The notes under the pieces: generated by a model
The model's input: the letters and a program-made list of their open reading frames with translations, nothing else
Told to the model about the DNA's origin: nothing
The model's database searches: none
Position numbers and translations under genes: made by a program
Assembly: GCA_964276515.1 (NCBI GenBank)
Contig: OZ193909.1
Coordinates: 7,688,001 to 7,752,000 of the forward strand
Length of the DNA stretch: 64,000 nt
Origin: Gordius albopunctatus
Lineage: Eukaryota
Reading direction: 5' to 3'
Shown: positions 1 to 12,200 of the stretch, one piece after another
How the letters are laid out: the number at the start of each line of letters is the position of its first letter
Numbering within the stretch: position 1 is the first letter of the stretch

Positions 1-1278
1 TTAAATGATGACTTCCAAATTTGGCAATGTTATATATATTTTGTGTGGGTAGATAGAGAACAAAGCGACTCTTCTGCTAAGCATTAAGAATCACATATAG
101 TGGAGATAGATGGATAATTATAATAGGAGAGGCTGGGGCTACTCGACCATAAAACATCAAAAAGGCCTAGAAAAATTTTTTAACCGATTTTCATATATTT
201 TTTATCCAAAAATGTTTTTGGCTACAATGTTTATTAGTAGGAAAAATATGATAGTGGTGATATATTGTTTATAGCAGAAATTTAAAAAAGATAACCAACC
301 CAAATAGTTTTCGTCCTAATAGGTACATTTTTGATTCGAAATTGAGGGTAAAATAATTATAAATGACAATATCATTTGCGAGGACGGTATTACCCCGTTG
401 GACATATAGCCCTGGTATCCCCTGCATTTGCGTCAAATGAAATCAAGGATAGATATTATTTAAAGGAATGCGAGGTCAATTCATTCCAAGTAGCTGAATG
501 GTTACGAGAAGGTAAGAAGCTAACTTTTAAGTATTCCTATTATCTCCACAAATATTACTCTGACTTAAAAATGAATAATATAGATACATACTCGTAATAT
601 CTGTGTCTAATTAAGTTGGCGGCCAGATTGCGATGAATGGCGTAGAGTTTTGTCTGGGCATTAGTTCAAACTAAAATCTTATTTCCCCAAGATCCGGCAA
701 TTATTGTGACAGAAAATTAGGAAGAATTTTATGGTATAGTTTTATCTCAAACTCAAGTGAACGGTCGTCCGAAGAATGCTATTGACACCCTAACAACTTT
801 TAAGATTTTATTAAAGCCATTGCCTTATATAATCAAACTATTTTGTATCCACCTAGACACTTGTATCAATGAGCGAAGCCTTGTAGGTACCCCTCTAAAT
901 CAAAAAAATTCTTTGAAATTTATTGAAATTATAGCTGAAAGTTTAAAAAAGTATTATTTTGCTCCTTTCTAAATTATTATTGTCCCTTCCTAACTCACAT
1001 ACTGGCTACAGTCATGCGTCTGGGTAGAGTTATGAGGATTTGGGGTAGCGGGTGAGTTTGTAACATTACTTTAGGTATGAAGATGTGTTTGCAGGTAAGT
1101 GTGAGTGATGGAAATCACTCTACTAGCCCATTAGTTGCTGTTTGGGCGCCTATTAACAATAATGGTCGATTGATTGACTAATTTTAATAATTACAAACTC
1201 ACATCTCAGCCTTTTTCCACCATTTGAATAGATACTTAGAACGAATTAGAACGCTGTTACTGAATAATATTTATTATC

Positions 1279-1935
1279 AATTGCTATGCAATTAATTTAT
1301 GGGCTCTCTTTCCATTTGTTTAATGTCACGCAACTAACGCTTTTCGTTTTTTTCGTCGTGTCGTTTTTTCCGTCGTTTTTACCACTGCGACCGCTGGAAT
1401 TCGATTAAGCCATCCTGAGTACGATAATATCCTGTGCCCCCCCCCTACAAGGGCCTATGCCTCTACTGATATGAGTTCGAATCTCCACGAGGGCAATTTT
1501 TTTATTAACCTAGCATTGATAATATAATGTTCTTGTTAATTTTTCGTTTTTTAATTGCTATATTTGGCTTTTATTTATTTATATCCTTTTTGCCCGTTTC
1601 CTGGCTGCTGACCAATGGAAAAAAATTCCCATTGGCCAAAGTGTGAATCGAAATTTTTTCCGTTTTTTGACGCCTATTTCAACACCTGTTGCCTCATTTA
1701 AAACAGTAAAATTTCTCCCCTTCCCGTTTGCAACACCCCCCCCCCCTTACAAGGGACTATGCCTCTTCTGATGTGAATTCGAATCTCGGTGAGGGCATAT
1801 TTTTTGCTATTTTTTTATTATTAGCCTAAAATTGATAATATTTGGCTCTTGTGTATTTATATCCTTTTTGACCGTCTCCTGGCTGCTGACCAATGGAAAA
1901 AATTACCATTGGCCAAAGTGTGAATCGAAGCTTTT
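1279..1935 (+). mobile_element. Partial copy of B-box-repeat (DINE-1/HINE-like) interspersed element
   Basis: Begins with AATTGCTATGCAATT hairpin head. Contains two units with CCTACAAGGGCCTATGCCTCTACTGAT, GTTCGAATC and GACCAATGGAAAAA..CCATTGGCC, shared with 12130-13400, 38034-38315 and 39586-40030. Confidence 0.6.
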
Positions 1936-2002
1936 ATTCTTTTATATAATTCGATTTAAAATGTATTATAATCACCTTCAGCAGTAGAGTCACTCTCTTC
2001 TA

Positions 2003-4980
2003 TCTATATATATAAAAATCTAAGTCCCGTTTTTTTGTACGCTAATAACTTTTAGAGTTCTCAACCGATTGCCACCAAATTTGGCCAGATTATTGCCTTA
2101 TCATTGTAGATGGTTTATAGATACTTTTTATCAAGCTGCGACAGCGGGAACCATGTTTTTTAATTTGGTTACCGCCATCTAGCGGACGTCAGCTACAACG
2201 CTTATCTCGATTATTATTTTATGTTAGAGTTGTGCTCATAGTTTTAAATGTTTTTCTACTAATCTTTTGTCACATATTTCACTATTTTTATTCACCTTTG
2301 GGTTATTTTTTACAATATATATATATCTGTTACAACTAAATAATTAAAAACCGTAAAACATCAAATATTTTATAATATAAAAAAGACGCGTGCTCTGTTA
2401 AAGGTATTGTTATAATAATCAAAGCGCGCATCAAGAGTACAAAATTTCATTTAATAAAAACAGCCCACTTCAAGATATTACAAATAATTTCTCCATATGT
2501 TGCCTTATATTTCTGAAAAGTCTAAAAAGTCTAAACCCAAGAACACAACACACCATGCATTAGAAACAACTGAAATCACTGCTGTTTAAGTAACCTCAAT
2601 TTTATTACACTACATTTTTGCTTTAATAATTATTTAAGCCCACTTCAAGATATTACAAATAATTTCTCCATATGTTGCCTTATATTTCTGAAAAGTCTAA
2701 ACCCAAGAAAACAACACATCATGCATTAGAAACAACTGAAATCACTGCTGTTTAAGTAACCTTAACAAATTTATATTAGAAGTATTTTTCCAAACTAAGA
2801 GCATTTCTATGGTATTTTTTAGCCCACATTTAAATTTGTTATATCTTTTTACCCATATTTGATTAAAACTTTAAACTTATCTTTGTAAAATACTATTGAA
2901 TGTTTTTAATACATAGGGAAACATTATACTATTATTACACTACATTTTTACTTTAATAATTTTTTAGCATACAAAGTTTCATTTAATAAAAACAAGTTTT
3001 ACTTTTAAAAAAATTAAACTTATTTATGTATTTTTCATTTTCTTAGTATATCGACTTTAGATTCATGCGCCCCAAGAAAACATCTATTGGACGTAAAACA
3101 CGAAATACGGATCGAGTGCGCCGATTGCGTGCTCTTGAGCTTGAAAATGAACTACAACAGTCTGCAACTCTGCCTCAGCCACCTTCACGTGCTCAGCCGT
3201 TACCCGCAGGCAACCGCCTAGCATTTTCTTACCCATCTAATATTGAAAGTTTACGTCGCTATGTTCTCATTGGTACTATGTCTATTGTGTGTCCTCATTG
3301 CAATGCCTTGAAATTTGCTGGAGAAACGACTGGAATGTGTTGCGCAGCCGGAAAAGTTAAACTGCCTCACCTTGCAGAACCGCCTGAGCCATTAAAAACA
3401 TTGCTGGCTGGTTATACCACTGATTCTAAACATTTTCTATCTAACATCAGGAAATACAACTTCTGTTTCCAAATGACGTCGTTTGGCGCTGATGTTGTAA
3501 CCACACAATTCATACCTACATTCAAGGTAAAAGGTAAAATTTATCATAAAGCCGGATCCCTCCTTCCATTGCCAGAAGGGCAACATAAGTTCCTACAACT
3601 ATATTTTATCGGAGATGATGAGATAGAATTAGGTACACGCCTCGACTTTTTTAGCGGTTTAAAAAGATCCATCGTTTCACAGCTTCAGTTGCTGCTTCAT
3701 GCTAATAATAATTTAGTGCGTTTATTCAAAACTGTACTGGACATAATGCCTTCAGATACCCACAAAATAGTCATTCATGCTGACAAAACTCCTCCGGGAG
3801 AACATGGGAGAAGATTTAATGCCCCAACTATACATGAAGTCGCCATTGTTATAGTTGGGGATCAATTTCAACCTAGAGACATTGTGCTTCATAGGAGAAA
3901 CAATGCTTTGACACAAGTTTCTGATACTCATCGCTGCTATGACCCCCTACAATATCCAATTATATTTTGGGATGGTGCTGATGGGGAATCACTTTAACGT
4001 TAAGATGATAAATCCAATCAATGGCGAACCTACAAACTCAAAATACAGCGCTATGAACTATTATTAATACAGAATAATGATTCGAGATGCATGAATACGC
4101 TCAAGATTCAATTGCGTATGTTCGTTAAACTTTTACATGCAACCCAGCGTGGGACGACATAAAAGACCTTTTGTTTCCTGGTCAATTACCTATCGATAGG
4201 CATGACATTACCGCCCGTGTTTTCCGGCAAAAACTTAAATCAATGCTTAATCTCATTGTTAAGCATGAGGTATTTGGGTCTGTGCGTTGCTGGATGTATT
4301 CAGTCGAAAGGCAAAAGAGAGGTTTGCCTCATGCCCATATACTCATATGGCTATATAGCAAGATTATGTCAAACGAAATCGACGCTTTAATATCTGCTGA
4401 AATTCCCGACCCCAACTCAGATAACGATTTGTACCAAATTGTTACAAAAAATATGATACACGGCCCTTGCGGAACACTTAATCCAAGATCGCCATGCATG
4501 AAAGACGGCAAATGCTCAAAGTGATATCCTCGAAGCTTAGTATGCAATACAATTACCGGCAACGATGGATACCTTTTGTACAAAAGAAGATCAATAGAAG
4601 ATGGTAGTAACGTAGCACCCATCCCAATACGCAATGCAACGGTCGAGGTGGACAACCGATGGGTTGTTCCATATAGTCCTCTGCTCTTAAAATTATACAA
4701 AGCTCACATCAACGTTGAGTATTGTAACTCCGTTAAATCCATCAAATATATTTGTAAATATGTAAACAAAGGCAGTGATATGGCAGTTTTCACTGTTCAA
4801 CCCCCTTTTTATTAGATTTTGACTGGACCTTTCACTGGAGAAGATGTCCTCATACCACGGATCCTGCCGTTTTTTTGTGCGCTAATAACTTTTGAAGTTC
4901 TCAACCGATTACCACCAAATTTGGCCAGATTATTGCCTTAGCATTGTAGATGTATTAATAAATATTTTATATCGCTCTTC
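2003..4980 (+). mobile_element. Internally deleted, decayed Helitron (Helitron 1)
   Basis: 5' terminus A|TCTATATATATAAAA at 2003. Direct duplication in the 5' region (about 2463-2610 vs 2637-2762). Rep-helicase fragments downstream. No 3' hairpin/CTAG found. Confidence 0.85.
3065..4863 (+). pseudogene. Helitron Rep/helicase pseudogene fragments
   Basis: ORF 3065-3997 (CPHCNALKF..MCC, FQMTSFG). ORF 4171-4524 with HUH motif RGLPHAHILIW. ORF 4576-4815 with KYICKYVNKG. Then a jump to a helicase C-terminal piece ILTGPFTGEDVLIPRI at 4816-4863. Stops and frameshifts present. Confidence 0.9.
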
Positions 4981-5147
4981 AATAAATATTATGGATATTT
5001 ATTTGCATTAGCATTAGGACCTTTCACATTATAAATTATTTCATATATGACCTTATTTTAGATAAGTCTTGACGCATCTTTGAGTGGAATCGCAATCGGC
5101 CACCAGCTAAAACGGTCATCGGTGGTTGTTACTATAGGTGACCGATT

Positions 5148-5290
5148 GACTCCATAGCCTAATGGAAGAATTTCTTATTACAGATTACAGGGTTGCATGT
5201 TCGAATACTATGTAAGTAGATAGGAGAGCGACGCTTCTGCTAGGCATTAAATACTATTTATAGTTGTTGAGAAGGGTAATTATAAAAGAT
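5148..5290 (+). mobile_element. Degenerate tRNA-derived SINE-like repeat
   Basis: A-box-like TAGCCTAATGG and B-box-like GTTCGAAT at tRNA-like spacing, followed by a body (GTAGATAG..AGCGAC..TTCTGCTA..GCATTAA) also seen at about 48-130 and inverted at about 1965-2002. Confidence 0.45.
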
Positions 5291-6081
5291 TTGAGTCTAT
5301 CTAAGTATGAGAAAGAAATAATATTATCCAAAAGCAAGCTATTTTTAATTCGGTCTAATTAGCTATTGAAATGCTTACGAGAGGTTAAGAAGTGAACTTG
5401 TATATATTTAGATTAGTACTCTACAAATGCACCAACGGATTGATATTAATTTACTATTACACGGAGAAGGAGATTCTATGTAAAGACAAAAATTTGTGCT
5501 TCAACTATATACTTTTAATTTTTAAATATAATTTAAAAATACCATTAATGTTATTTTTTTTGAAATTTAAAATATCAACGATTGACTTTTTGAATATTTT
5601 TTGTATGTCAATTATGTATTTACAGGTGTACTGGTGAAAGTTTTAATTTTTAACCGTAGTCTATATGCTATAAAATACACATAGTAAAGTGGTTTTAATA
5701 GACCAAGGGTTACGTGAAAGTCATATTTTTGTTAAATTGATTTAATTTTGATACCTTAAGTTGCCATAATTTATTCTCGATCTATTTCTTTGAATATGTT
5801 TCAAAACATTGCGTCCCAAATGGCTAAAACATGGCAGCCTATACCACTCAAGTAATAATTATTATCAGTTGTTCGTCTGTGGTTCTTATCTTATGACTTA
5901 TTTTCCTTCAGCTTTTTGTTTTAATTTGAACATGACGCCTAAATAGAAAATATTAACTACGACAAATTTATTTATATATTATTTGATATTCATAGAAATT
6001 AATTCTTATAATTTATTTTCTGAAATATAACAAGCAAAAGATTATACAAGAGAATGAATGAATATTGTATAAAAGCATGTT

Positions 6082-6256
6082 TCATAACGTAGGCCTCCAT
6101 TTAATTGCTATGTGCAAGCGTCGTATCTCCGATTTTAGCCAAATAGTAAGTGGCTTATAGAATTCAAGCATAGGCACAACGTCAAAGTAAGTCTGATTGC
6201 ATAAATTATGGATGGCTGATCTCCAATCCATTCCATTACCACGTTTCATTACATAT
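6082..6256 (-). CDS. ACE-like gene exon 8 (terminal)
   Basis: ttatag| then YVMKRGNGMDWRSAIHNLCNQTYFDVVPMLEFYKPLTIWLKSE...W..stop; matches the ACE domain C-terminus. Not in the ORF track. Confidence 0.85.
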
Positions 6257-9200
6257 CTATAATAAATCTATATATATAAAGTAAAGTCTATGTATATATA
6301 TATGTGTGTATGTATGTAAGGGCTAAATTCTGAAACTACCGGCCCGATTCGCGCGAAAATTTAACCGTAGATGGCCAGGGCGGCCAGGGGTAAAATAGCT
6401 TTTTCAGAATCCTAAAATACCTTTTCGTTTTAAAAATATCGCACATTTCCCGGCCAGTTTAATTTATAGCAGCATATATAATAATGGCGTCATACATACA
6501 AGGCTGAAGTTTTCTCGCATTAGATATTTAAAAGTATAATAAAAATGTTACAGTATACGGTCTAAATTATTGGGGTTTAACAAAATATTTAAATTAAATA
6601 AATAATATTTAAATTATTATCACGTGGTCGATCATAGAAGCATATTTTTAATAATTATCCATCCTTCAATTAATTATTTTATTATATTAAAGAAAATTGT
6701 ATTTCAAATAAATCAGCTAACTAGAAAAATAAAATAATGGTATTGTTGTATAATAAGCAGGTTTTGAATTAGGGGGGGGGGGGGGGCAGATTCAAAAAAA
6801 AATTTCTCGACTATCCAAAAATTTTCATGAGAGCAAAAAAAGGTCTTCGACTACTAAATTCCTAAATTTTTCCTGAGACCCGCAGGGGGTAGCCGCCCTC
6901 CCCTGACTAATTAGGTGGGGGGGGGGGGGGCAAAACATAATTTTCAAGGGTTTTTGTATTGAAAAATTATTTTTTTTTAATTAGGGGGGGGAGGGGTACG
7001 CTCATGAATCAAAGTCATTTTTTGCTTATTTTTCACGTCAATTATTATTATTATTATTATAGGACTGTCGTGTCCCCTCCTGCGTGGCTAAATAAATTAA
7101 AAAATCTAATTTTGTAATTTTTTGCGCGTTAAATAAGGAGAAAAATGAAAATACAATTAACAAAGTGCCAATAAATATTGATATATTTCAGTTCTACGGA
7201 CATTATTAAGTTCAGAATTAAAAGTTTTATTCAGAAACAAATAATTAATATAAAAAATTGCTTGAAGGGCCAGGGGGCCAAAGATGTTTCCCTTTGGGGG
7301 GGGAGCATGGGGCCAGGTTTTATCTCTTGGGTGGGCCTTGGACCCTCTTTAACTATTTGTTTGAAAATTATCAAACTTTATTTTTACTTCAATAACCGCT
7401 TTATCATCATGTATGCCCTAAAATTCCAACATAATTGAATACACCCGGGTAAATGGCAAAACAACGATAGCTTTTCCGAGAGTATATTCTCACCGCAAAC
7501 TATAAATCTGTTTCTATTACAAATATCAAGATCTTGTTTCAGCGGATTTGTATAAAGAAAAGAAAATCTAAACGGCAAAATTTATACTCCATGTCCATAT
7601 TGTCTATAATGAATATTGATATTTGCAAATCTTCAACAAAACCCTGGCTTAAAAAATTGCTAATAGATCTTAATAAGTAACCATCCTCTAGACAAATTTT
7701 AAATTTTAACAATGTTGTATTAGATTAAAGATCTACGAAATTTATATAAGCAATTTTGTTTAATTAAATTTTATGGATTTATTTTTCTAAATTCTTCTTT
7801 TAAAACTTCTAATTTTTTCTTCAAAGAAAATAATATCAATATTTTGTCTATTATGATAGATTTCTAAGTACCTTAATTTATTTCCTACATCATTGTTTCC
7901 ATACATGTCAAAGTCATACAAGGTATGCTGTTTCGTCGTTGCTTGATAAGTCGTGTTTTTACTTTTCATTCTTTGCATGGTGTAATTCCATAAGCCTTTG
8001 TTTAATTGATATTTTAAAAGAATTGATCGCCAATATTTATCGACAGCGTTATTGCGCGTAACGTGGTAACTCATTCCGATGTCAAAATAGTTTTGTTGAT
8101 AGGAATCATAATCCGCATTTCTGTATTTATCAGGGTGGTGAAGTCCTTGTATTTTTCCAACAATATTCCACCATGCTGTGTTATAGTCTTGTTTTTGTAT
8201 CTGTCCTAACAACACTTTTTGTCTCCAAGACTTAACAGCAAGCATATGCATAATTGTAGGCATATCACGCAGCGCTACGTTCATAAGATACGAGACAATG
8301 GGAGCACGAGCAATAAGACCTATATAATTTATTTCTTAACAACTTTTAAAGCTAATATAAATGAAAAGGGTTTATTCAAAGAAAATGTTATCTAAGAACA
8401 AAGTGTCCAAAGAGCGACTTTTAAGTGTATATTAAGATCCTTTCCAAAAGCTTCAAGGAGTGGCAAGTTAGCTTGATAGATCTTTACATAAGATGTAATT
8501 TGGATAGAACTTTTCATAAATTATGTAAATTAGTTCTAATCTCTGATATAATTAGAGCCTTTAATGTATCGTTGGATTTATCAAACAAAATTTGTTTACA
8601 TATTTCAAGAATAAATTTTAAAAATTGTTTAAAATATTATTTTAATACCTAAGGTGGAGAAGTTTTGTAGAAAGGAATTGTTCGGATTTATCGCTGACAA
8701 TGCAAGTAATTCTCCAATAATCTCCTCAAATTCTGGCGAAGGCGCTTTTTGATTGAGGATTGGCAATGAATTATATTCTTGGTAATAATGAACATGTCCC
8801 AATTGGTGAAAAACTTCAAGTAATGTTTGGTAAGATGGATCAGCGCATAAAACAAGTCTTAAAAGAATATACAATCGCCAATGAAATTTACCGAAATTCT
8901 TTTTTCCTATACATATTGTAGGTGAGAGAATCTTTTATGCTAATGTCGGAGCATTCATTTAAACTCTTAATTTGGGAATTTAGCCAAAAACTTTCCGACA
9001 AATTTTCAAAGCCTAAAGAAACCCAAAATTTTTCGGCTTGTTCAGCTAGGGTATAAGTAGTGATATTATTATTTTTAATTCTTTGATCAATTAGGCCTTC
9101 GTAATTCAGGATTGAATGAATCTGTATCATTTGTGGAATGCTCGACCAAGTAATACCCCATGTGTTACCTTAATTTTACGTGGACGTATATTCGTGATTA

Positions 9201-12200
9201 GTACCTGTTAGATGTATAGGGATAGTATTAGCTGATTGTTTCTGACCGTTTAGGAAATGTTTATCCAAATAATGTTTAATTAAAGCATGGAGATCTGCGT
9301 AAAAATCCAATAACTGATCTAGTATTCGCTTCGAGTTGTCGTTCTTGAAGTATTCATCTTTATCTATTATAAAATATAATATTGTAAGAACGCCTTCTAA
9401 TTTTAGTCATAATTTATTTGGTAATTTTTCAGAATGATACAAGAAAATATTTTAGAAAACTATGTTTTTTTATACTAGCACAAATTTTAATATAAAATGG
9501 CATACCTGCACAGCATTCATTGTAATAACCAATCATCGTTTGATAGACTACCTTTAATTTTGGAAAATTAGATATTGTTTTGCTATTCCTCATTATCCCC
9601 ATATAGTTTTTGTAGAGACATTCGTACGTGTTGTCTTTTGGAGAATACATTGTATATTTATTTTTATTTGAGGTAGTAATTTTTTGGCTTTTTTTGACTT
9701 TACCGTTCGAAGAATAAATTTGAGGGATTGAATTGGTTTCTTGATTTGCAGAATCACACATACCATTGAGCGACAATGCTAATGGTTTGACCATATAATA
9801 AGACTGGAAAGCCTTCCCTTTCCATAGATTGTAAAGCCTTTTAATGCAAATTATAAAAACATTATCCTAAATTTTTAAAGCGGAATGTTTTTTTTGTGTT
9901 TTATCTAGTAGATAGGTATCATCTTATCGTTTATGCAATGGTTTATTCGTATTAAATATAGAAATGTCAAGAGATTCTGTTAAAATAAGTATATTAACAA
10001 TTTAACGACGACACCCTGGCCGGACCCACGCCCTTGGCCATGTCTAGTCTGTACGTTGTACTCGCTTAAGCCAAAAATTTTATTAAAATACATACTCCTT
10101 TGTTCCCTCATTTTAAAATTGACTAAATGGTAGTGCTGTAAAAATTTTTTTAAAATCGAACGCGTTCACGTTCGTTCAAAATTTTATGATAATTTTTTTT
10201 AATATGAATAAATGTCTTATATTTTTTACAATATATTAGTCACGATAAAAAAATAATAGGTTTATTTCGATAATATAAATATAATATAATAGAGCGAATA
10301 TAAAGATTTTGTATTTATAAAAAATTTTCTCATCAATTTTTAATAATAATTGTTTTTCAAAATTTTTGTCGGATAAGCTGGAATGGCAGTTAATACAGCA
10401 TTAGCTATACTAAGAACCCGCTCCACAGGAGCAGATGAGGAGGTTGAGATACTAAATAAACAAATCTTTTAAAGCAGAAAATTTTTAAAAACATGTAATC
10501 TTTTGTCATTCGCTTCAAAAAATTACGATAAGTTATCATCCTCCAATCCGCCCTTTGCTTCCTCGTAAAAAATGATATTTCGGAATCGAAAGTCCTTTCA
10601 TTATCAATTCTAGGGGTTTCTATCCCTCTTTTCAATAAAACTAAAAGTTTATTCTTTTTTACATTTAGTAATTATTGAATTCGCTCCTTTATATGAAATG
10701 AGTGATTCTCATATTTTGGCCATGGTAATGTCAATTCATCTGGTGATTTTGAATATTCAGAATCTTTAGATGACGACGATATAATAATATGATTGTCATA
10801 TTAACCTATAAATTAAAATATAATTAATAATATCAAATTAATTAACTTTAATCTTATCTTCTTTTGCACGTTATGGTATGTTAAAAGTATTTCGGAATTG
10901 GTAATAGGAAACAGTAAAAACAGCTGATTAAAAAATATAATACTTTTTTGTTAAAAATTCGGATTGACATTAATTTTCAAATAAATTAAAATAAAAAAGG
11001 GGTTTTAAAATTGAACGAACCTTAAATTCGAACGCGTTCATCAAAAAAAGGAACGCGTTCACGTTCAAAGTTCACCAAAAAATAAAAGAACGCCGTTCAT
11101 AGCACTACTAGATGGTATTTAAATATTAAGTTTGTTTTGTCATATATCAATGTATATCATTTATTAATAATAAATTGCATAGCAATCATACACATCGCCT
11201 GCCTACAAGTGGGTAGGTGGAATTAGAGCCCTGCGAAAATTTTCTGTCCGAGCCCGGCCCGACTTCCCAGTTTTTATTTTACCCTAGCCCGGCCGAGCGC
11301 GAATGATTTTTTTATTTTTGGCCCGAACCGAGCCCGACCCAATTTTTTAAATAGAAAGTTTTGATGAATAATACTCGAATAGGTTTTGCAATTTAGGTCA
11401 AAATATTTTAATAGGCAAGGGAAAAATGCTGAAACTTGAAAGCTATATTATGTATGGTGTACGAAGATATTTATCTGATATCGAGTTGAGTTTGTTTAAA
11501 TCATATTTAATAAAAAAATTCAAAGTAATATGCCTAAAAAGTTTGCATTTAGTGTAAAACATATTAGTTATAAAATTTAAATGTAAAATATTTGTATTAT
11601 ATATTATATAAAATTGTAAGCATTATACTTATGCTATTAATAACAAAGTTATAAAAATATACTTACGTGAAATGATGTTAATGAATTATAATATATAAGT
11701 TTATATTATTGCAGGACGAAGTTTGGAATATTTAGAAAATATTGATGCGTGATAATAATAAGAAGTTAATTGAAAGCGTATGGATGGACAAAAAAGGGAA
11801 GATGAATTTTATTTTCCACACTGACTTTAAATCGAAAAGTTCCTAGATGGAAGAATTTAAATTATTTTTTTAAACTCCAAAAATCTCTAACAATCTTGGA
11901 GCTCCGTCCGCCCCCTCGACAGTTATTAAATAATAGTGTTTGTTTCTTAGTTTTGTTTACCCCACTTCTTAAGTTTCAACAGACAATCTAAATTACAATG
12001 TTATACAAATTTGAAAAATTCAAATAAAATTGATGTTCTTTTTGCTTGATTTCAATCATATATTTTCAAACATAGCAAATGCAAAACGACGGAATATTTG
12101 TATGCATTTAGTTAGTAACACATCTAAAAATATGATTTGACCTCGCCGGGATTCGAACCCACATTAATACAATTAAGAGGCATAGGTTTTTGTAGGGGGG

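Noticed and set aside
7384..7659. Apparent ACE C-terminal exon(s) with a 20-nt intron (NFLSQG...MDME/FSFLYTNPL)
   Set aside because: A much better, phase-compatible terminal exon exists at 6256-6082 (DWRSAI...MLEFYKPLTIWL), so this stretch is most likely intronic.
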